NCBI RefSeq assembly: GCF_000195755.1
Contig: NC_002937.3
Span: 1,350,001-1,382,000, forward strand
Source: Nitratidesulfovibrio vulgaris str. Hildenborough
GTDB lineage: Bacteria > Desulfobacterota > Desulfovibrionia > Desulfovibrionales > Desulfovibrionaceae
Length of the DNA: 32,000 nucleotides
Direction: 5' to 3'
Part shown: positions 26,876 to 32,000 of the stretch, one piece after another
How the letters are laid out: every line of letters starts with the position of its first letter
How positions within the stretch are numbered: position 1 is the stretch's first letter
Made by a program: the position numbers and the translations under genes
Notes under the pieces: model-generated
Databases searched by the model: none
What the model was told of the DNA's origin: nothing
What the model saw: only the letters and a program-made list of their open reading frames with translations

Positions 26876-29254
26876 ATGTCTGAACGGTTGTTTTCCGTCG
26901 CGCTTACCAGCCCGCCTTATGCCACCCTGACGTATGCACTTCCCGCATGGCTTCAGGACACCGCACTCTCACCGGGAACGCGTGTTATCGTGCCTCTTGG
27001 TGCAGGAACCTTGCGCGTCGGTGTCGTGCTGGGCGATGACGGCAATACGGTCGCTCTTCCCGAGGGGGTCACACCCAAACCCCTCATCTGTCCGCTTGAC
27101 GTCGAACCGTGCCTGAACGGGGACTATCTTGACATGGTGCGCCATCTGGCCTTGCGGCAGGGGGTGACACAGGGGCGTATTCTCGGCAACCTGCTTCCCG
27201 CAGGGCTGCGTACGTCGAAGGTTCGTCTGCGACTCATCGATAACGGTCGAAAACGCCTGCTGAAGCCGCGTGAACTTGCCGGACTTGATAAAGAGGTTCT
27301 TCAGAGGCTTGGACAGCTGTGGCGCGAAGGCTCTTTCGAGGTGCTTGTCGCCGGAGAGGATGCGGCAGCCAGCGAGATGTGCGTGCTCAAGGCTGACCCG
27401 CCGTGGCCGCTACGTCCATCGGCCCATCGGCAGGCGGCTATCCTTGATTTCCTTTACGAACGTGGCACGACGAGTCGCAAGGTGCTCACCGAAACGCTGG
27501 GGACCGGCTGTACGACTGCCCTCGGTGCGCTCCTTGAGCGAGGACTTGTCGCTATCGAGGCCATCGACGAGGCCTCTTGCGCGTGCGGTATCAGTGAAGC
27601 CTCCTCAACGCCCCTCGATGCGCCGCAAACGCTGGTGCTTACGGAGGAACAGTCCGCCGCAGTCGGAAACTTCGCAGCGGCCATGGATGCGGAAGGCCCG
27701 GCCACGTGGGTCCTCTACGGCATCACGGGCAGCGGCAAGACGGCAGTCTATCTCGAACTAGCCAAGATGTGCCTGGCCAGAGGGCGCAGTGTGCTGCTGC
27801 TCGCACCGGAAGTCGCACTGGCATGCAAGTTGCGCCGCGACGTGGCGAACAGCCTGCCAGAGGCGCCTGTCGTGCTGTACCATGGCTACCAGACACCTGC
27901 CGTGCGTGAGGCTACGTTTCGCCTTCTGGCGACGACCCGAAATCAACCGCGCATCATCGTGGGAACCCGGTCGGCATTGTTCTTGCCAGTTCAGGATATC
28001 GGGGCTGTCGTACTCGACGAGGAGCACGATTCTTCATTCAAGCAGGATGAAGGGCTCAACTATCAGGCCAAGGAAGTTGCGTGGTTCAGGGTAGGGCAGT
28101 CGAACGGGCTTCTGGTTTTGGGGTCTGCCACGCCGGACCTCAAGACATGGCATGCAGCCCGTGAGGGGGTGCTTCCCGCAGCCCGGCTTACCTCGCGCGT
28201 TGGAGGCGGCACCCTGCCATCCGTCGAACTGGTGGACATCCGGTCGTTGGGGCCGACCGACGGCATACTCGCGCCAGCGACCACAGCCGCGCTCGGTGCC
28301 ACATTGGCAAAAGGGGAGCAGGCGGTCATTCTCCTGAACAGAAGAGGATACGCCCCGCTCATGTATTGCCTGGACTGCGGCACTGTTGCGCGTTGCCCGC
28401 ACTGTGACATCGGACTCACGTATCACAAGGGCCGCGAACGTCTGGTCTGCCACTATTGCGGCCACTCCGTGGCCTATCCGGCAGTCTGTCCCAATTGCAA
28501 AGGCATGCACTACCTGCCCATGGGGGAAGGGACAGAGCGCCTCGAGGAGTCCATTGCGTCCTTTTTGCCACCCGGCGGGCGTGTGCTGCGCCTCGACAGG
28601 GACAGCACGCGACGTCAGGGGCGCATGGAGGAGATTCTCGCGGCCTTCGCCCGTGAAGAGGCACAAGTGCTTGTAGGGACCCAGATGCTGTCGAAGGGCC
28701 ATCATTTTCCCAAGGTCACGCTGGCGGTTGTCGCAGATGGCGACCTTGGCCTGAACCTGCCGGACTACCGGGCATCAGAGCGTACATTCCAGTTGCTCGT
28801 GCAGTCATCCGGGCGGGCAGGTCGTGGAGAGTTGCCGGGCAAGGTACTCATCCAGACAAGAGACCCGGGGCATTACTGTTGGCAGTATGTGCTTCGTGGC
28901 GACTATGAAGCCTTCTTCGAACACGAGATTGCCATCCGGCAACGGCGACGCTATCCTCCGTTCGTCAGGCTTGCCCTTGTCCGGATGAGCTATCCTGTAG
29001 ACTGCCGCGAAGGCCTTGCAGAAGTTACGTCATTGGCTGGTGAACTTCGTCGGATGGGGAGTCAGGAAGGTGTTCAGGTGCTGGGCCCCGCACCTGCCCC
29101 CCTCCCTCTCCTGCGGGGAAGAAAGCGGTTCAATTGCCTTCTCAAAGGGGCAGACTGGCTAGGTTTGCGCCGTGTCTACGGTGCGGCCTCTGGCAGTGTA
29201 TCGCACCGCCATCTTTCGCTCTCACTGGATCTCGACCCTGTTAACATGCTATAA
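26876..29254 (+). CDS. priA: Primosomal replication restart helicase PriA
   Basis: ORF trimmed to the ATG at 26876. Walker A GITGSGKT, DEEH box, Cys-rich zinc region CLDCG...CPHC...CHYCG...CPNC. Confidence 0.9.
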   Translation: MSERLFSVALTSPPYATLTYALPAWLQDTALSPGTRVIVPLGAGTLRVGVVLGDDGNTVALPEGVTPKPLICPLDVEPCLNGDYLDMVRHLALRQGVTQGRILGNLLPAGLRTSKVRLRLIDNGRKRLLKPRELAGLDKEVLQRLGQLWREGSFEVLVAGEDAAASEMCVLKADPPWPLRPSAHRQAAILDFLYERGTTSRKVLTETLGTGCTTALGALLERGLVAIEAIDEASCACGISEASSTPLDAPQTLVLTEEQSAAVGNFAAAMDAEGPATWVLYGITGSGKTAVYLELAKMCLARGRSVLLLAPEVALACKLRRDVANSLPEAPVVLYHGYQTPAVREATFRLLATTRNQPRIIVGTRSALFLPVQDIGAVVLDEEHDSSFKQDEGLNYQAKEVAWFRVGQSNGLLVLGSATPDLKTWHAAREGVLPAARLTSRVGGGTLPSVELVDIRSLGPTDGILAPATTAALGATLAKGEQAVILLNRRGYAPLMYCLDCGTVARCPHCDIGLTYHKGRERLVCHYCGHSVAYPAVCPNCKGMHYLPMGEGTERLEESIASFLPPGGRVLRLDRDSTRRQGRMEEILAAFAREEAQVLVGTQMLSKGHHFPKVTLAVVADGDLGLNLPDYRASERTFQLLVQSSGRAGRGELPGKVLIQTRDPGHYCWQYVLRGDYEAFFEHEIAIRQRRRYPPFVRLALVRMSYPVDCREGLAEVTSLAGELRRMGSQEGVQVLGPAPAPLPLLRGRKRFNCLLKGADWLGLRRVYGAASGSVSHRHLSLSLDLDPVNML

Positions 29255-29448
29255 TCAAGGTGGTTGTCATGATCGTTGTCGTTAGGAACTGTGCTGATTG
29301 CCCCTTCTGTACAAGTGGAGACCCTTCACGGTGTAGCGTGTCGACACCAAAGCATAGACCTCTTGATGAGAAGCTGGACAGACCTTCGTGGTGTCCTCTG
29401 CGTCGTGAGCAGGTCATCGTCAGAGAGCCTTCCTGAACCTCCACAACA

Positions 29449-29477
29449 TTGCCGTCCGGCCCGCTTTGGTCTACTAT
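29449..29477 (+). promoter_or_regulatory. Candidate sigma70-type promoter for the receiver gene
   Basis: TTGCCG, 17 nt, then TACTAT. The implied TSS lies near 29484, which favours the ATG at 29504 (preceded by GGGGGG) over the ATG at 29483. Confidence 0.25.
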
Positions 29478-29503
29478 CCGATATGGCCGATACCGGGGGG
29501 AAC

Positions 29504-29896
29504 ATGGATCACGCATCTGTGCTCGTGCTCGTCGTGGATGACGAGGAAATGGTTCGCGAGAATCTCGAAGCCTATCTCGAAGATGAGGGGTTCAATGTCG
29601 TCACCGCCTCCAGCGGTGAGGACGCCCTGAATCTTCTGGCAGAGGTCTCACCCCATGTCGGAATCATAGACATGCGACTGCCGGGCATGAGCGGCAACGA
29701 TTTCATCCTCAAGGCTCATACTTTGCGTCCGGCGCTCAGGTATCTTATCCATACCGGTTCGACGAACTATAAACTCCCACCCGAATTGATCGCAATCGGT
29801 GTCACTCGTGACGATATCTACACAAAGCCCCTTCAGAACATGGATGATCTCGTGAAGGGGATTGGGCGCCATATGGGATCGCTGGTTGGTGGTTGA
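29504..29896 (+). CDS. Stand-alone response-regulator receiver (CheY-like)
   Basis: VLVVDDEE acidic pocket, phospho-acceptor context GIIDMRLPGMSG, HTGS, conserved Lys in YTKP. No output domain. Alternative start at 29483. Confidence 0.8.
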   Translation: MDHASVLVLVVDDEEMVRENLEAYLEDEGFNVVTASSGEDALNLLAEVSPHVGIIDMRLPGMSGNDFILKAHTLRPALRYLIHTGSTNYKLPPELIAIGVTRDDIYTKPLQNMDDLVKGIGRHMGSLVGG

Positions 29897-29932
29897 GCCT
29901 CGGTACGCTATGTTATGATTGCAGGCGAATGG

Positions 29933-29962
29933 GCCTCCGGCGTTATGGCCGGGGGCTTTTTT
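29933..29962 (+). terminator. Rho-independent terminator of the receiver gene
   Basis: 9-bp stem gcctccggc/gccgggggc (one G-U pair), loop gttatg, then TTTTTT. Confidence 0.75.
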
Positions 29963-30030
29963 CGTGTGCAGAAAAATCTTCGCAGGCGGGCTGGACATCT
30001 GCACACAGCCTTTCGCGTACTCTTTCGCGA

Positions 30031-30065
30031 AAAACAAAAAAGGCCCGCCTCTTGCGAGGCGGGCC
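30031..30065 (-). terminator. Rho-independent terminator of the dsrP-like gene
   Basis: Perfect 10-bp stem ggcccgcctc/gaggcgggcc with loop ttgc. On the minus strand it is followed by TTTTTTGTTTT, 18 nt after the stop. Confidence 0.8.
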
Positions 30066-30083
30066 TTGATGTCGGAAGGGGGG

Positions 30084-31247
30084 CTAGAACGTGCCAGCTT
30101 CCTTCTTCACTTCGATGGCTATCTTCCACAGCAGCGAGAGCACCAGAAGGCCGAAGGCGTAGATGCCAAGGGCGATCAGGATTTCGGGGACAGAGGGTGC
30201 GTAGACAGTGATGCCTTCGAAGGGGTTCGGGGTGAAACCGCCGATGAGCAGGCCGAGGCCCTTGTCGATCCACGATGCGATGACAAGCATGACCAGAGCC
30301 CAAGGCAGAACCTTCTCATTGTCGCGAATCTGGGGCGGAATGAGCAATGCCAGCGAAAGGAAGGCAAAGACGACCGCCGTCCACATCCAGCCGTTCACCC
30401 AGTAGGAATGCCCGCCGTGACCGGCGAAGAGGAACACGAGCGGATGCTGGTGTCCGGGCATGCCGCTGTAGAACGCGGTGAAGACTTCGAGCAGGTAGAA
30501 GAACACGTTGATGCACATGGCATACGTGATGATCTTCGTGAGCGTCTGCACAGCTTCGCGACCGGGGTTGAAGCCTGTCAGGCGGCGCAGCACGAATACC
30601 AGCAGCAGCAGGATGGCAGGACCGGAGCAGAAGGCCGAAGAGAGGAAACGGGCGGCCATGATGGCTGTGAGCCAGTAGTGGCGGCCGGGGAGACCGGCGT
30701 AGAGGAACGCCGTGACGGTGTGGATGCTGAACGCCCAGATGACGGACAGGTAGATGAAGAACTTGATCCACTTGGGAGGTTCAACATCATGCCGCTCAGC
30801 CTCAAGGGTCACCCACCCGACCAGCAGGTTGATGAACAGGTAGCCCATCAGGACCATCATGTCGTAGAACATGACGGAGTTGGGGGTGGGGTGCAGGATG
30901 ACGTTGAGCATCCGCTGGGGCTGGCCCATGTCGACCACGATGAAGAGCATGCACATCAGCACTGCCGATATGGCCATGAACTCACCGAGGATGATCATTT
31001 TCTTGAACTGCTTGTAGTGGTGGAAGTAGGCGGGCAGCACCAGCATGACCGCCGACGCCGCAACACCGACGAGATACGTGAACTGGGAGATGTAGAGACC
31101 CCAGGACACGTCGCGGCTCATGCCGGTGATGGCGAGGCCGTACTTCAGCTGGAACAGGTAGGTGAACCCCCCGAGACCGACGATGCTGCCGAGGAAAAGC
31201 AGCCAGATGTAGTACGCCGGGGAGCCCTTGAGAAGCTTCTCAACCAT
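30084..31247 (-). CDS. dsrP: NrfD/PsrC-family integral membrane quinone-interacting subunit, probably DsrP
   Basis: 387 aa, about 10 TM helices, NrfD-type N-terminus (YYIWLLFLGSIVGLGGFTYLFQLKYGLAITGMSRDVSWGLYISQF). It follows a Tat-type FeS subunit. The DsrP versus HmcC/QrcD assignment rests on remembered Desulfovibrio vulgaris gene order (priA, receiver, dsrPOJKM), not on sequence alone. Confidence 0.7.
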   Translation of the reverse strand: MVEKLLKGSPAYYIWLLFLGSIVGLGGFTYLFQLKYGLAITGMSRDVSWGLYISQFTYLVGVAASAVMLVLPAYFHHYKQFKKMIILGEFMAISAVLMCMLFIVVDMGQPQRMLNVILHPTPNSVMFYDMMVLMGYLFINLLVGWVTLEAERHDVEPPKWIKFFIYLSVIWAFSIHTVTAFLYAGLPGRHYWLTAIMAARFLSSAFCSGPAILLLLVFVLRRLTGFNPGREAVQTLTKIITYAMCINVFFYLLEVFTAFYSGMPGHQHPLVFLFAGHGGHSYWVNGWMWTAVVFAFLSLALLIPPQIRDNEKVLPWALVMLVIASWIDKGLGLLIGGFTPNPFEGITVYAPSVPEILIALGIYAFGLLVLSLLWKIAIEVKKEAGTF

Positions 31248-31258
31248 GGCCAGTCCTC

Positions 31259-32000
31259 CTAGACGATGTAGTAGACGCCGGGCTGGGTGCCTACACTGGG
31301 CTTGCGGCGAATGCTGTAGTTTTCGTTCAGGGCCTTACGTACGGGCGAGTTCGGGTCATCCAGGTCGCCGAAGAGAATGGCGCCGTTGGAGGCCTCCACG
31401 CACGCGGGCAGCTGGCCCACGGCAAGCCGTTCGCTACAGAAGGTGCACTTTTCCACGACACCGCGTGTGCGGGCCGGGAACTTCGGATTGATGGCCTTGA
31501 TGTGCGGCTGCGGGTCGCCGAAGTTGAAGCTACGGGCGCCGTAGGGGCAACCGGCCATGCAGAAGCGGCAACCGATGCAACGGTGGTAGTCCATGACGAC
31601 GATGCCGTCGGCGCGCTTGAATGTGGCCTTGGTGGGACACACACGCACGCAGGGCGGGTTCTCGCAGTGGTTGCACAGGAGCAGATAACGGCGTTCGAGA
31701 ACTTCCTGCGACAGGTGGGGGTTCATGTCGTCAGGGAAGGTCGCTTCGTAGGTGTCCGTCCAGAGCCACTTGATCTCCTGATTGCCTTCGATGGAAGGAA
31801 CGTTGTGGATCGAGTGACAGGCCTCGATGACGCGCGAGTAGTCCTCGGGGGAGGTGAACTTGCGCATGTCGATGACCATGGCCCAGCGTTTCGCCTTGAG
31901 CGCGGTCGCACCGTCTTCATATTTGCCGGTCAGCGCAGCGGCGTCCGGGGTGGTGCCAGCGGCGACATCAAGGACGCCCTTGGCCCCAAGGCCGAAAACC
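31259..32000 (-). CDS. dsrO: Periplasmic 4Fe-4S ferredoxin-type subunit, probably DsrO (5' end outside the window)
   Basis: The frame stays open to the window edge (..FGLGAKGVLDVAAG...KRWAMVIDMRKF..), so the listed 31879 ATG is internal. Cys clusters CNHCENPPCVRVCP, CIGCRFCMAGCP, CTFC...C. The first cluster site lacks its cysteines. Confidence 0.65.
   Translation of the reverse strand, partial: VFGLGAKGVLDVAAGTTPDAAALTGKYEDGATALKAKRWAMVIDMRKFTSPEDYSRVIEACHSIHNVPSIEGNQEIKWLWTDTYEATFPDDMNPHLSQEVLERRYLLLCNHCENPPCVRVCPTKATFKRADGIVVMDYHRCIGCRFCMAGCPYGARSFNFGDPQPHIKAINPKFPARTRGVVEKCTFCSERLAVGQLPACVEASNGAILFGDLDDPNSPVRKALNENYSIRRKPSVGTQPGVYYIV

Noticed and set aside
29919-31262. 447-aa plus-strand ORF antisense to the dsrP-like gene
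   Set aside because: Highly charged, repetitive D/E/H/G composition. The opposite frame is a coherent 10-TM NrfD-type protein flanked by its own terminator.
1-32000. CRISPR arrays, IS elements/transposases, integrases, toxin-antitoxin pairs and in-frame TGA selenoprotein genes near selC
   Set aside because: None were recognised by eye on either strand. All large ORFs are accounted for by pilus or housekeeping functions. A manual scan cannot exclude short or degenerate repeats.

Overview
GC-rich window that looks like a Desulfovibrio-type sulfate reducer. This is inferred from an NrfD-type/FeS pair resembling dsrP/dsrO, a selC tRNA, and long spurious antisense ORFs. All family calls come from motifs read in the supplied translations; no database search was run. 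There are two blocks. (1) Positions 23-18928 hold a complete type IV pilus / T2SS-like machinery. pilT and the prepilin peptidase pilD are divergent. Next comes a divergent pair of DUF4124-type genes, one carrying a lytic transglycosylase domain. Then a 14.5-kb minus-strand operon runs pilM::pilN fusion, pilO-like, pilP-like, lipoprotein secretin pilQ, pilB, pilC, major pilin, a second PilT-like ATPase, two minor pilins and a 1145-aa giant pilin. (2) After an AT-rich spacer and tRNA-Sec (19503-19596), a plus-strand housekeeping run follows: ftsH-folP-cdaA-cdaR-glmM-galU-priA and an orphan receiver. It converges on dsrP and a 5'-truncated dsrO-like gene at the right edge. The most unusual content is in the minor-pilin end of the pilus operon. 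The giant ORF reads as PilW-like prepilin, then a CFI-box-like hydrophobic module, then a PilX/GspK-like helix with a possible second prepilin-peptidase site, then a ~740-aa beta-rich domain in the position pilY1 holds in the P. aeruginosa operon. Both neighbouring minor pilins have forced leader peptides of at least 40 and at least 52 aa. No CRISPR array, transposase, integrase or obvious pseudogene was seen.
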